Below are positions 45,761 through 56,792 of a DNA stretch of 64,000 nt, piece after piece. Source of the stretch: TPA_inf: Saccharomyces (Eukaryota). The translations under genes were made by a program, and so were the position numbers. Within the stretch, counting starts at the first letter, position 1; each line of letters opens with the position of its first letter. The DNA lies in the NCBI GenBank assembly GCA_000146045.2, contig BK006938.2:544001-608000 (forward strand), written 5' to 3'. The notes beneath the pieces are model-generated. The model was not told the origin of the DNA and did no database searches. It worked only from the letters and a program-made list of their open reading frames with translations.

Positions 45761-47344
45761 CTATGCAAGCGGATCAAAAAACCATTCCATCTTGGTGCCA
45801 CAAAATACTCTCATGCCAAAAGTGCGAGCTTCGTTTCTTGTATCCACTTTGTCGCCTAACCTTATATGAATCCACTTTTTTAAAACTTTTGGTTGTAAAA
45901 CAAACCAGTTTATGATGATGAAACTTGTCATTGCATATAAAACACCAACGAAAAGGTCAAATCTATAATGGTGGTCCAGATACATGGTAGCCCACCATTG
46001 TAGTATTATATATAGGATAGCCCAGAATTTTGGTATAAACCCATCGTTGACTATTTTAAAAATCCATTTGTTTGTGAAGTTCGTGTCTTCATCATATAAA
46101 TGGACAAACTGGAGAGGTTTCTTATTGCCATTGCTGTTAATAATGCTGCCGTCGCCGCCGCCGGTGCTTCTTTCATTACTGGATACGGTGAATGAAGATG
46201 AAGGGGAGGAGGACCGCTCATTTGAAATATCTACAGGCTCAACGGTACCCAATGGTTCCATCTCTAAGTCGTTAGGGCCAATCGTGGGCGGTATGCTATT
46301 GTCACCTTCATCTTCGCTGTCTTCCTCACTCAACTTGAAAGTGGAAGAATCATTATTGTGCATTGTGAAACCTCCAGCATTGGAAAATCTGTGTTTTAAG
46401 CTGGTGGACCTTGAAACCAAAAACAAGAAACATTGAAATGCAATGGCGGAGTGTAGTGAAGGAACAGCACCAAACACAATAGGAGACATGTGAAATCCTT
46501 TAGTGTTCAAATGAGTACCCAAATGGCTATCTACTCTTATCAAACCGGCAGCAAACCCTTCCTGGGTGTAATTAACATGTTCGGTGTCATCAATACCGTA
46601 CAGATGAGTAAACCATGGGGAGGCCATTGGAACAAGCAGATGGGTAAGGACCCCCGCTATATTTTGTAATCCTAGGGCAAAACTAAAGCATTTTAAAGTC
46701 CCCGGTGGTTGGAAGACGTATAAGTATACAGCTGTTAAAATTGGAGCTGTCAAGTGCAGGATGACATAGGAGAACCAAGCCAGTAAATCCTTGGTCTTAG
46801 TAAAGTTTGCATCCGACTGGTAAGCAAAGAAATGATCAATGTTGAGTATAACAAATGTAAACAGGGGCAAGGCAAACGGTATGAAAATTGTCCGAAATCT
46901 CTTTTGGATCGGCCGCTGCTTGCGCTTGCAGGGGTAATGAAAAATATTTGCGAACCACTCTAACAGATTATAGTTAACGTGCTTAATGTAATAGATGTAG
47001 TACCAAATGGCAAAGGGAATACATATCAGAAATACTAAGAGAAATGCAGAAGATGATATGAATGACCAGAAAAATAGCTTCGAAGTATTATCGGGCAATT
47101 GTACAGTAAGTTCATGCCAATAGTCCCCAAAGAGGAATTGATCAGCAAAAAAAGCAAACTTGCTATGAATGTCAGGTCTGAGCCTTATGGGTATCAGACC
47201 AGCGCGCTTGAATATAGACAGCCAAATAAACACTGGCGCAAAATTAAGCATGAAGTTGAACGGCAGGCTTATTAGATTACGTTGGTTCAAACTTGCATTA
47301 TACATGTTTTTGACGAAACTCGCCAAAGAAAATATGACATTCAT
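45761..47344 (-). CDS. IPT1: Inositolphosphotransferase (M(IP)2C synthase) (YDR072C), 527 aa
   Basis: Multi-TM PAP2-like membrane protein. Recognised as Ipt1. Confidence 0.92.
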   Translation of the reverse strand: MNVIFSLASFVKNMYNASLNQRNLISLPFNFMLNFAPVFIWLSIFKRAGLIPIRLRPDIHSKFAFFADQFLFGDYWHELTVQLPDNTSKLFFWSFISSSAFLLVFLICIPFAIWYYIYYIKHVNYNLLEWFANIFHYPCKRKQRPIQKRFRTIFIPFALPLFTFVILNIDHFFAYQSDANFTKTKDLLAWFSYVILHLTAPILTAVYLYVFQPPGTLKCFSFALGLQNIAGVLTHLLVPMASPWFTHLYGIDDTEHVNYTQEGFAAGLIRVDSHLGTHLNTKGFHMSPIVFGAVPSLHSAIAFQCFLFLVSRSTSLKHRFSNAGGFTMHNNDSSTFKLSEEDSEDEGDNSIPPTIGPNDLEMEPLGTVEPVDISNERSSSPSSSFTVSSNERSTGGGDGSIINSNGNKKPLQFVHLYDEDTNFTNKWIFKIVNDGFIPKFWAILYIILQWWATMYLDHHYRFDLFVGVLYAMTSFIIINWFVLQPKVLKKWIHIRLGDKVDTRNEARTFGMRVFCGTKMEWFFDPLA

Positions 47345-47789
47345 GCTTTCTTAGACGTTGAAAGACTTTAGGTGATTCTTAGCAGAAATGATAACGTCCA
47401 ACCGGTGAAATAAAGGAACAGTTAGGGTGGCAATGAAAAAGTAGCGATGCTTATGAAAACACTATGCCTTAGGTTTCCTTTTTTTATTTTTATTTGACAA
47501 GTAGCGATTACTCTTCTATTGTTCCTGGTTTTTGATGCTCGAATGTATTATATAAAAATGTTGTGGCCGGAGGTCTGCATTTCTAGGCATTTTTCCTTTT
47601 TCTTATTTTTTTTACTTTCCTACTAACTTTGCACTTCGTAAGAGAATTTACACCAGAACTCTCGATTGAGGCGAAGAAGGCGGAGAAAAAAGCCGGTAAA
47701 AAAAAAAAGCGGAATCAATCAGCACAATCAGAGGCGTCAAGAAGCGGCGCGGGGATAATGCTTTTTTCCCGTGGCGTTCACATTTTTGT

Positions 47790-47806
47790 TCCGCGGAAAG
47801 CACGTG
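47790..47806. promoter_or_regulatory. PDRE TCCGCGGA (47790-47797) adjacent to a CACGTG E-box (47801-47806), about 450 bp upstream of IPT1
   Basis: Exact Pdr1/Pdr3 response element in an atypically GC-rich patch of the IPT1/SNF11 intergenic region. IPT1 is an established Pdr1/Pdr3 target. Confidence 0.6.
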
Positions 47807-48438
47807 AGCGTAATCCACTCGGGAAGGGCGCAGCTGCCGTGGCCAACTGAAGTAATCTTTAGCCGTTTATCGCCGCGCAAAACGGCAATTGCACTTGAGA
47901 CCCCAACGGCGCTGTGCAGCAGGGTATTCTACTACGTGTTAGCTTGCCTTGCATTTCCCCATGCGTCTCGAATAGGAATTATTCAAGATGGATTATTGGC
48001 ATTTACGAGTAACCAAGGATAACCCCGCTGTGCGGTGAAACCACCCTCTTTTCACGTTTCTTCAAGGCCAGTGCAAACGCGAATAAACATATCTACGCTA
48101 TATATAGATATGACGTTTCTCAAGCCAACAGAAGTAGATAAAGCAGCCAGGAGGGTAGAGAGTGTTCAAATTATAGCAAGCCTTCTTCTACCTGTTTTTT
48201 TTTGATGATTGTTTTGCCGGGTAACAATCGACTTTCGGGCAAATTTTTTTTCCTTTTTTCTCCTAACAGTATATACGGAGTGGAGAACAGACTTCCCATA
48301 AAAGCATATTACGTGGGGTCGTAGTAAGATTGCCGTTTATGATACCCTCTATTCAGGGCTCAGAGCGCATCACGATCGGGAGTGTAAATTCAATGTGCAT
48401 ATAAGCAAAACACACAGATTTCCTTTTTTCCCAGAAAA

Positions 48439-48948
48439 ATGAGCAGTGAAATTGCCTACTCGAATACGAACACCAACACTGAAAACGAGAACCGCAATAC
48501 TGGCGCTGGCGTAGATGTAAATACAAATGCAAATGCAAATGCAAATGCAACTGCAAATGCAACTGCAAATGCAACTGCAAATGCAACTGCAGAGCTGAAC
48601 CTCCCCACGGTCGATGAGCAAAGACAGTATAAGGTACAACTGCTATTGCATATCAACAGCATATTACTTGCTAGAGTTATTCAGATGAATAATAGTTTAC
48701 AAAACAATCTACAGAACAATATAAATAATAGCAATAACAATAACATCATCAGGATACAGCAACTTATATCTCAGTTCCTTAAAAGGGTTCATGCCAATCT
48801 TCAATGCATATCTCAGATAAACCAAGGAGTGCCCTCAGCGAAACCACTGATCCTCACGCCTCCTCAGCTAGCCAACCAGCAGCAACCTCCACAGGATATT
48901 CTTTCTAAACTCTATCTTCTCTTGGCAAGAGTGTTCGAGATATGGTAG
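48439..48948 (+). CDS. SNF11: SWI/SNF complex subunit (YDR073W), 169 aa
   Basis: Recognised as Snf11. Contains an N-terminal (NA/TA)n repeat encoded by a hexanucleotide microsatellite. Confidence 0.9.
   Translation: MSSEIAYSNTNTNTENENRNTGAGVDVNTNANANANATANATANATANATAELNLPTVDEQRQYKVQLLLHINSILLARVIQMNNSLQNNLQNNINNSNNNNIIRIQQLISQFLKRVHANLQCISQINQGVPSAKPLILTPPQLANQQQPPQDILSKLYLLLARVFEIW
48526..48591 (+). repeat. Hexanucleotide microsatellite (AATGCA)4 then (ACTGCA·AATGCA)3·ACTGCA, 11 units, inside the SNF11 CDS
   Basis: Perfect 6-bp periodicity over 66 bp, encoding NANANANATANATANATANATA. It also generates the spurious antisense ORFs 48353-48662 (HLQLHL..., CSCICSC..., AFAVAF...). Confidence 0.95.
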
Positions 48949-49402
48949 AATAACTTTGTTTCTCTTCCCTTTTTTATTTTGTTTTTTTTTTTTTACTTTT
49001 GCAATTTTAATTTTGCATTCAGCTACAGGTGTGATTGCATACCCGCAGAGCAAGTACAGGAAGCATAAGAAAAATAGAATACGAAAAGCAGAAAAAGAAA
49101 GGCAAATAACAATCACTCAAGTACTACAACTGCATGAATTTATCGTATGTAATGTACCCAACGTAAATAATAATATTAGTATTTTAAAATCTATGACATC
49201 AGATGTAGTTATCTTACTGCCAGCCCTATTAATACTACTTTCTTATTATCTTCTTCGAGAGCCACCTTCGTCATCGTCGCAGTAAGCATTGTCATCTTCA
49301 TCATGCACGTCGGTAACGGAAGCCTAATCTCAATATCTACTAGTTTACTCTACGCCATTTGGAGCGTAGCCCCTTCTCCTTTTGACTCTCTGACTTTTCC
49401 CT

Positions 49403-49589
49403 CCCCTCCTTCTCTTCTGGCCTAGCCTAACCTAGTCTAGCCTCGCTGGACCCCCTCCTTCCAACGGTCAACCCCTTCCTTTCTATTCTCTTCTCGTTCT
49501 CTACGTAAGGAACTTGTAAAAGAAAAAATTTGGTGCCATACAGGGAAATCGGCAGTGAGACGGAGCGGCCGAGGGTCTGATTATAGGGG
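49403..49589. promoter_or_regulatory. Cluster of four STRE cores (CCCCT at 49403, 49452 and 49472; AGGGG at 49585) 300-490 bp upstream of TPS2
   Basis: Msn2/Msn4 stress-response element cores. TPS2 is a classical STRE-driven gene. Confidence 0.6.
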
Positions 49590-49892
49590 TTAGTTACGCT
49601 CCTACTATGACGATCAAGGAGAGACAATCTCGATTCTCATTTTCTTTGGGACAATACGCCTTTAACCCCCCATTTTCGGACATCCCTGGAAGTCTCAGCT
49701 GATTCATTTAAATACTATCAATTTCCGTGTACTTTCGGAGATCTTTCAGTCAGCTTTTCCTTCATCTTTTTCAGTCTAATCTAAGGAAGAAGAAAAGCAC
49801 TTCAATACGAATAGCTACCAACGTACCCAGTTCACGTTGAACAAGCAATAGAAAACCAAAATAACACTGCCTGTCACTATTTCTGTGCCGAA

Positions 49893-52583
49893 ATGACCAC
49901 CACTGCCCAAGACAATTCTCCAAAGAAGAGACAGCGTATCATCAATTGTGTCACGCAGCTGCCCTACAAAATCCAATTGGGAGAAAGCAACGATGACTGG
50001 AAAATATCTGCTACTACAGGTAACAGCGCATTATTTTCCTCTCTAGAATACCTTCAATTTGATTCTACCGAGTACGAGCAACACGTTGTTGGTTGGACCG
50101 GCGAAATAACAAGAACCGAACGCAACCTGTTTACTAGAGAAGCGAAAGAAAAACCACAGGATCTGGACGATGACCCACTATATTTAACAAAAGAGCAGAT
50201 CAATGGGTTGACTACTACTCTACAAGATCATATGAAATCTGATAAAGAGGCAAAGACCGATACTACTCAAACAGCTCCCGTTACCAATAACGTTCATCCC
50301 GTTTGGCTACTTAGAAAAAACCAGAGTAGATGGAGAAATTACGCGGAAAAAGTAATTTGGCCAACCTTCCACTACATCTTGAATCCTTCAAATGAAGGTG
50401 AACAAGAAAAAAACTGGTGGTACGACTACGTCAAGTTTAACGAAGCTTATGCACAAAAAATCGGGGAAGTTTACAGGAAGGGTGACATCATCTGGATCCA
50501 TGACTACTACCTACTGTTATTGCCTCAACTACTGAGAATGAAATTTAACGACGAATCTATCATTATTGGTTATTTCCATCATGCCCCATGGCCTAGTAAT
50601 GAATATTTTCGTTGTTTGCCACGTAGAAAACAAATCTTAGATGGTCTTGTTGGGGCCAATAGAATTTGTTTCCAAAATGAATCTTTCTCCCGTCATTTTG
50701 TATCGAGTTGTAAAAGATTACTCGACGCAACCGCCAAAAAATCTAAAAACTCTTCCAATAGTGATCAATATCAAGTCTCTGTGTACGGTGGTGACGTACT
50801 CGTAGATTCTTTGCCTATAGGTGTTAACACAACTCAAATACTAAAAGATGCTTTCACGAAGGATATAGATTCCAAGGTTCTTTCCATCAAGCAAGCTTAT
50901 CAAAACAAAAAAATTATTATTGGTAGAGATCGTCTGGATTCCGTCAGAGGCGTCGTTCAAAAATTAAGAGCTTTCGAAACTTTCTTGGCCATGTATCCAG
51001 AATGGCGAGATCAAGTGGTATTGATCCAAGTCAGCAGTCCTACTGCCAACAGAAATTCCCCCCAAACTATCAGATTGGAACAACAAGTCAACGAGTTGGT
51101 TAACTCCATAAATTCTGAATACGGTAATTTGAATTTTTCTCCCGTCCAGCATTACTATATGAGAATCCCTAAAGATGTATACTTGTCCTTACTAAGAGTT
51201 GCAGACTTATGTTTAATCACAAGTGTTAGAGACGGTATGAATACCACTGCTTTGGAATACGTCACTGTCAAATCGCACATGTCGAACTTTTTATGCTACG
51301 GAAATCCATTGATCTTAAGTGAGTTTTCTGGCTCTAGTAACGTATTGAAAGATGCCATTGTGGTTAACCCATGGGATTCGGTGGCCGTGGCTAAATCTAT
51401 TAACATGGCTTTGAAATTGGACAAGGAAGAAAAGTCCAATTTAGAATCAAAATTATGGAAAGAAGTTCCTACAATTCAAGATTGGACTAATAAGTTTTTG
51501 AGTTCATTAAAGGAACAGGCGTCATCTAATGATGATATGGAAAGGAAAATGACTCCAGCACTTAATAGACCTGTTCTTTTAGAAAATTACAAGCAGGCTA
51601 AGCGTAGATTGTTCCTTTTTGATTACGATGGTACTTTGACCCCAATTGTCAAAGACCCAGCTGCAGCTATTCCATCGGCAAGACTTTATACAATTCTACA
51701 AAAATTATGTGCTGATCCTCATAATCAAATCTGGATTATTTCTGGTCGTGACCAGAAGTTTTTGAACAAGTGGTTAGGCGGTAAACTTCCTCAACTGGGT
51801 CTAAGTGCGGAGCATGGATGTTTCATGAAAGATGTTTCTTGCCAAGATTGGGTCAATTTGACCGAAAAAGTTGATATGTCTTGGCAAGTACGCGTCAATG
51901 AAGTGATGGAAGAATTTACCACAAGGACCCCAGGTTCATTCATCGAAAGAAAGAAAGTCGCTCTAACTTGGCATTATAGACGTACCGTTCCAGAATTGGG
52001 TGAATTCCACGCCAAAGAACTGAAAGAAAAATTGTTATCATTTACTGATGACTTTGATTTAGAGGTCATGGATGGTAAAGCAAACATTGAAGTTCGTCCA
52101 AGATTCGTCAACAAAGGTGAAATAGTCAAGAGACTAGTCTGGCATCAACATGGCAAACCACAGGACATGTTGAAGGGAATCAGTGAAAAACTACCTAAGG
52201 ATGAAATGCCTGATTTTGTATTATGTTTGGGTGATGACTTCACTGACGAAGACATGTTTAGACAGTTGAATACCATTGAAACTTGTTGGAAAGAAAAATA
52301 TCCTGACCAAAAAAATCAATGGGGCAACTACGGATTCTATCCTGTCACTGTGGGATCTGCATCCAAGAAAACTGTCGCAAAGGCTCATTTAACCGATCCT
52401 CAGCAAGTCCTGGAGACTTTAGGTTTACTTGTTGGTGATGTCTCTCTCTTCCAAAGTGCTGGTACGGTCGACCTGGATTCCAGAGGTCATGTCAAGAATA
52501 GTGAGAGCAGTTTGAAATCAAAGCTAGCATCTAAAGCTTATGTTATGAAAAGATCGGCTTCTTACACCGGCGCAAAGGTTTGA
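49893..52583 (+). CDS. TPS2: Trehalose-6-phosphate phosphatase (YDR074W), 896 aa
   Basis: Glycosyltransferase-20-like N-terminal domain plus a C-terminal HAD phosphatase domain (DYDGTL motif). Recognised as Tps2. Confidence 0.96.
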   Translation: MTTTAQDNSPKKRQRIINCVTQLPYKIQLGESNDDWKISATTGNSALFSSLEYLQFDSTEYEQHVVGWTGEITRTERNLFTREAKEKPQDLDDDPLYLTKEQINGLTTTLQDHMKSDKEAKTDTTQTAPVTNNVHPVWLLRKNQSRWRNYAEKVIWPTFHYILNPSNEGEQEKNWWYDYVKFNEAYAQKIGEVYRKGDIIWIHDYYLLLLPQLLRMKFNDESIIIGYFHHAPWPSNEYFRCLPRRKQILDGLVGANRICFQNESFSRHFVSSCKRLLDATAKKSKNSSNSDQYQVSVYGGDVLVDSLPIGVNTTQILKDAFTKDIDSKVLSIKQAYQNKKIIIGRDRLDSVRGVVQKLRAFETFLAMYPEWRDQVVLIQVSSPTANRNSPQTIRLEQQVNELVNSINSEYGNLNFSPVQHYYMRIPKDVYLSLLRVADLCLITSVRDGMNTTALEYVTVKSHMSNFLCYGNPLILSEFSGSSNVLKDAIVVNPWDSVAVAKSINMALKLDKEEKSNLESKLWKEVPTIQDWTNKFLSSLKEQASSNDDMERKMTPALNRPVLLENYKQAKRRLFLFDYDGTLTPIVKDPAAAIPSARLYTILQKLCADPHNQIWIISGRDQKFLNKWLGGKLPQLGLSAEHGCFMKDVSCQDWVNLTEKVDMSWQVRVNEVMEEFTTRTPGSFIERKKVALTWHYRRTVPELGEFHAKELKEKLLSFTDDFDLEVMDGKANIEVRPRFVNKGEIVKRLVWHQHGKPQDMLKGISEKLPKDEMPDFVLCLGDDFTDEDMFRQLNTIETCWKEKYPDQKNQWGNYGFYPVTVGSASKKTVAKAHLTDPQQVLETLGLLVGDVSLFQSAGTVDLDSRGHVKNSESSLKSKLASKAYVMKRSASYTGAKV

Positions 52584-53155
52584 AACACCCTTTTTAACGA
52601 AATGGTTATGACTAGACAGACATCTTACGTCTTACTCCTTCATGCTTTATTTTTTTCTTTGTATTGTATTTGAACAGTCAATATGTGGTGTTGCGACGAA
52701 GGCATATATATAATAGTCTCAACCCACCATTTTCGAAGATTTACATACACATTATATTTTTATAAACTTCCAATATGTAATAACTTTATATGATATGTAA
52801 CTTCTCACTATTATCCTTACTATTAAACGGTTTTTAATAAATATCATTGTTCTTTGTTTTATTAATGAGAAAAAGAAATTTAATACAATGTCCGGCGGGA
52901 AGAAAAAAAATCGATGAATTAATTGAAAAAAAGTATCTTTATCATGTGAACTGAGGAGAAGAACGGCATCTCGAAAAGAGCACGTCGAAACAGCGGTAGG
53001 TAAAAGAGGGTACTACCAGAGGTCTTTTCTCTTTATACGTTAACCTCTCAGCTTTTTCTTTTGCAATTCAGGACACTTTAACTTGTAGTCACACGCTAGT
53101 CCACGTAGCAAAGTAAAACAGCACGAAAAAAGTGATTACAAATTTCAAGGGAGAT

Positions 53156-54082
53156 ATGATGGACTTAGATAAGATTATAGCATCACTGAGAGACGGAAAA
53201 CATATTCCTGAAGAAACCGTTTTTAGGCTATGTTTAAATTCACAGGAACTATTAATGAATGAAGGCAATGTAACACAAGTCGATACACCGGTTACAATAT
53301 GCGGTGATATACATGGCCAATTACACGATCTACTAACGCTCTTCGAAAAGAGTGGTGGTGTAGAGAAAACAAGGTATATTTTCTTGGGCGATTTTGTGGA
53401 TAGGGGATTTTACTCATTGGAGAGTTTTTTACTTTTACTATGTTACAAATTAAGATATCCTGATAGGATTACTTTAATTAGAGGCAATCACGAAACCCGG
53501 CAAATTACTAAAGTATACGGATTTTACGATGAAGTAGTAAGAAAATATGGTAATAGTAACGTATGGAGGTACTGCTGTGAAGTTTTTGATTATTTATCAT
53601 TGGGGGCAATAATAAACAATAGCATATTCTGTGTTCATGGTGGATTATCTCCGGATATGACCACGGTTGATGAAATACGAACAATAGACAGGAAACAAGA
53701 AGTTCCACATGAAGGTGCTATGTGTGACTTATTATGGAGCGACCCCGAAGACGTTGACACATGGTCATTATCACCAAGAGGTGCTGGATTTCTTTTCGGT
53801 AAAAGAGAAGTTGATCAATTCTTAGAGAAAAACAACGTTGAGTTAATTGCTAGAGCTCATCAGTTAGTGATGGAAGGTTACAAAGAAATGTTCGACGGTG
53901 GATTAGTGACAGTCTGGTCGGCACCGAATTACTGTTATCGTTGTGGTAATGTAGCAGCTGTATTGAAGATAGACGACGATTTGAATCGTGAATATACAAT
54001 TTTTGAAGCTGTTCAGGCACAAAATGAAGTCGGAAATGCTATAATTCCAACCAAAAAATCTCAAATGGACTATTTCTTATAA
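53156..54082 (+). CDS. PPH3: PP4 catalytic subunit, PPP-family Ser/Thr phosphatase (YDR075W), 308 aa
   Basis: PPP motifs GDIHGQ, GDFVDRG and RGNHE. Start at MMDLDKII; the upstream ATG at 53132 was rejected. Confidence 0.9.
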   Translation: MMDLDKIIASLRDGKHIPEETVFRLCLNSQELLMNEGNVTQVDTPVTICGDIHGQLHDLLTLFEKSGGVEKTRYIFLGDFVDRGFYSLESFLLLLCYKLRYPDRITLIRGNHETRQITKVYGFYDEVVRKYGNSNVWRYCCEVFDYLSLGAIINNSIFCVHGGLSPDMTTVDEIRTIDRKQEVPHEGAMCDLLWSDPEDVDTWSLSPRGAGFLFGKREVDQFLEKNNVELIARAHQLVMEGYKEMFDGGLVTVWSAPNYCYRCGNVAAVLKIDDDLNREYTIFEAVQAQNEVGNAIIPTKKSQMDYFL

Positions 54083-54467
54083 ATTTTTAACAGGCACTCT
54101 AATTGTCAAGTGCATTTTTCTTTTTTTCTTCATAATGCAATAAAGGAAAAAAAATTGTAATATTACATACTTCTTTTCACATCTTAGCTAATTAACAATA
54201 TGGCTTTTGAATACTAATATATACCCAGCTACCGTTTCTTCTTTTATTTTTTATTCCTTTTTTTCTTCAGTAGAATATGTTATAGATGCGGAGGTCCCCT
54301 AAGTTCTTCACGTGTTCTCTTCTCATCGCGTTTGATATGAAAAATAGAAAAAAATACATAGTAGCATGACTAACTAATAATAAGCTCCGCTATCAAAGAT
54401 GTCAAGTACATTAAGGAAAGCTTTTAGATAAGGAAAAGAACTTATTAATAATATATAATATGAAAAT

Positions 54468-55688
54468 ATGTCGCTTGGTATACCACTTTCCCAATTAATA
54501 GTAGAAAGTCCAAAGCCATTAAGTAGCGGCATCACAGGATTAGATGAGATATTAAACCTGGGATTCCAGGCAAGGTCGATCTACGAAATATTTGGGCCTC
54601 CGGGCATTGGCAAGACTAATTTTGGCATTCAATTGGTGTGTAATTCGTTAGAAGGCATACAACAATCGGAAATAAACGACGATAAAATTCTATGGATAGA
54701 AACATTTCAAGAAATGCCCATAAACATACTAAGAGAACGCTTTCAAAAATTTAAAATCGTGGAAGAAAATGTGAAGCGGGTCCGAATAACGAAATTTGGA
54801 CAGCTATTATATTTCTTCCAGAATTTGTTCAAATTATCTCAAAGTGTGCGATATAAACTAGTTATAATTGATGGATTTTCTCAATTAGTCTGCGATCATC
54901 TGTGTACACTAAGTAAAAGAGGCGGCGGAATGATAGATAAAACTATACACGAGTTAAAATGTCGACATTTGATATTAATTTTTACGGTAATGACCAAATA
55001 CACACATTCCACGGGTTCGACAATAATAGTTTTAAATGACTGTATGAACACCGCCTTCCAATCAAACGAATTCGAATCCTTGGAAGAATACTACGAAATT
55101 TTAGACGACGGATCTAACTTCTTTGTCAACTCTAACAACGAAAGGCGTAAGAACAATGTACATATATTGAAAAGCGCGCTCGTTGCCAATATCGCTATGG
55201 GAAGCAAGGATTCCACTTGGGAAGTATTTCTAAGAGACAGGATCGGCCTTTTTAGGGATTGGAATGAACAAGTGGACGAAACCGTTTTCGTGAAAAGCAA
55301 AAGAGTGAAGGCGTCATCCTCGCAGAGTAACGAGGGATGTACTACCATCAAAGAAATGAGAATAAACAAACGAAACTTTGAAAACTTGAGAATAGCTATT
55401 GTTTTTAATTTACACGGCGAAGATAGAAAAAGAGAAGGACGAAATTTAAAGCGGTCAAGAAGCAGCGACGATCGTAACTATATTGTCAAATTTGATTTTG
55501 ATAAAGCAACAGGTCAACTCCGCGATATAATTGATCTGAAACCTGATACTGCTAATATTGCCTCATTTCCAACATTATCAACAAGCAGCAGCAGTTGCTC
55601 ACAAGTGTTTAACAATATTGACTCCAATGATAATCCATTACCAAATGCGGAGGGAAAGGAGGAGATAATTTATGATAGTGAAGGTTAA
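54468..55688 (+). CDS. RAD55: Rad51 paralog, recombination mediator (YDR076W), 406 aa
   Basis: RecA-like Walker A GPPGIGKT. Recognised as Rad55. Confidence 0.92.
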   Translation: MSLGIPLSQLIVESPKPLSSGITGLDEILNLGFQARSIYEIFGPPGIGKTNFGIQLVCNSLEGIQQSEINDDKILWIETFQEMPINILRERFQKFKIVEENVKRVRITKFGQLLYFFQNLFKLSQSVRYKLVIIDGFSQLVCDHLCTLSKRGGGMIDKTIHELKCRHLILIFTVMTKYTHSTGSTIIVLNDCMNTAFQSNEFESLEEYYEILDDGSNFFVNSNNERRKNNVHILKSALVANIAMGSKDSTWEVFLRDRIGLFRDWNEQVDETVFVKSKRVKASSSQSNEGCTTIKEMRINKRNFENLRIAIVFNLHGEDRKREGRNLKRSRSSDDRNYIVKFDFDKATGQLRDIIDLKPDTANIASFPTLSTSSSSCSQVFNNIDSNDNPLPNAEGKEEIIYDSEG

Positions 55689-56792
55689 TAGTAAAATAAA
55701 AAAACCGAAAACCGAAAACAATAAAAAATGGAAAAACGACAACATTCCACCCAACAACTACAAAGAAAAGTTAAGGGTAATTTTACCTATTTAGGATTTT
55801 AATCTGTTGGAGTTAAGGTGAATACGTTTTTCCATATTGGGGTATGCAGCTCGAACCTAAAGTGGTATGTACACATCCCCTCAAGCACACCCATTACCCT
55901 TATAGGATTAATGTAAGCAACAGCTTACACGGAATTGGAAATACTATTCAACGATCCATGCATCTGCCAGATTCGGACATGCATATTCCCCAATTGGATA
56001 TAGAAAATTAACGTAAGGCAGTATCTTTTCACAATGTACTTGCAACGCGGCGACTTAAAGTTGAAGTACAACCTGCAGCAGCGGCTTTTTGTACGGTACG
56101 CCAAACTGTCAATGGATAATATTGCGTAGACCGAAAAAGGTAATCCTCAACACTACCCGTGGTGGATGACCTAAAGCAGTAATATTGGTTGGAATTATCT
56201 CCCAGACGGCACCGTCTCCCCGAGAAAGCTTAGCCCCGAGGTCTACCTTCCATACACCACTGATTGCTCCACGTCATGCGGCCTTCTTTCGAGGACAAAA
56301 AGGCATATATCGCTAAAATTAGCCATCAGAACCGTTATTGTTATTATATTTTCATTACGAAAGAGGAGAGGGCCCAGCGCGCCAGAGCACACACGGTCAT
56401 TGATTACTTTATTTGGCTAAAGATCCATCCCTTCTCGATGTCATCTCTTTCCATTCTTGTGTATTTTTGATTGAAAATGATTTTTTGTCCACTAATTTCT
56501 AAAAATAAGACAAAAAGCCTTTAAGCAGTTTTTCATCCATTTTACTACGGTAAAATGAATTAGTACGGTATGGCTCCCAGTCGCATTATTTTTAGATTGG
56601 CCGTAGGGGCTGGGGTAGAACTAGAGTAAGGAACATTGCTCTGCCCTCTTTTGAACTGTCATATAAATACCTGACCTATTTTATTCTCCATTATCGTATT
56701 ATCTCACCTCTCTTTTTCTATTCTCTTGTAATTATTGATTTATAGTCGTAACTACAAAGACAAGCAAAATAAAATACGTTCGCTCTATTAAG

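Noticed and set aside
48353-48662. Three overlapping minus-strand ORFs with HLQLHL / CSCICSC / AFAVAF dipeptide repeats
   Set aside because: These are artefacts of the SNF11 hexanucleotide microsatellite read on the opposite strand.
54083-54467. MCB/DRE-like TCGCGT upstream of RAD55
   Set aside because: Only a 5/6 MCB match (TCGCGT, not ACGCGT); insufficient.
55806-56152. 347-bp segment upstream of SED1 bounded by TGTTG...CAACA, resembling the terminal inverted dinucleotide/pentamer signature of Ty LTRs (sigma-like size)
   Set aside because: No 5-bp target-site duplication (the flanks AATCT / CTACC differ). The internal sequence does not resemble the delta, sigma, tau or Ty5 LTR sequences I can recall. 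The pentamers are common by chance. I treat it as ordinary SED1 upstream DNA.
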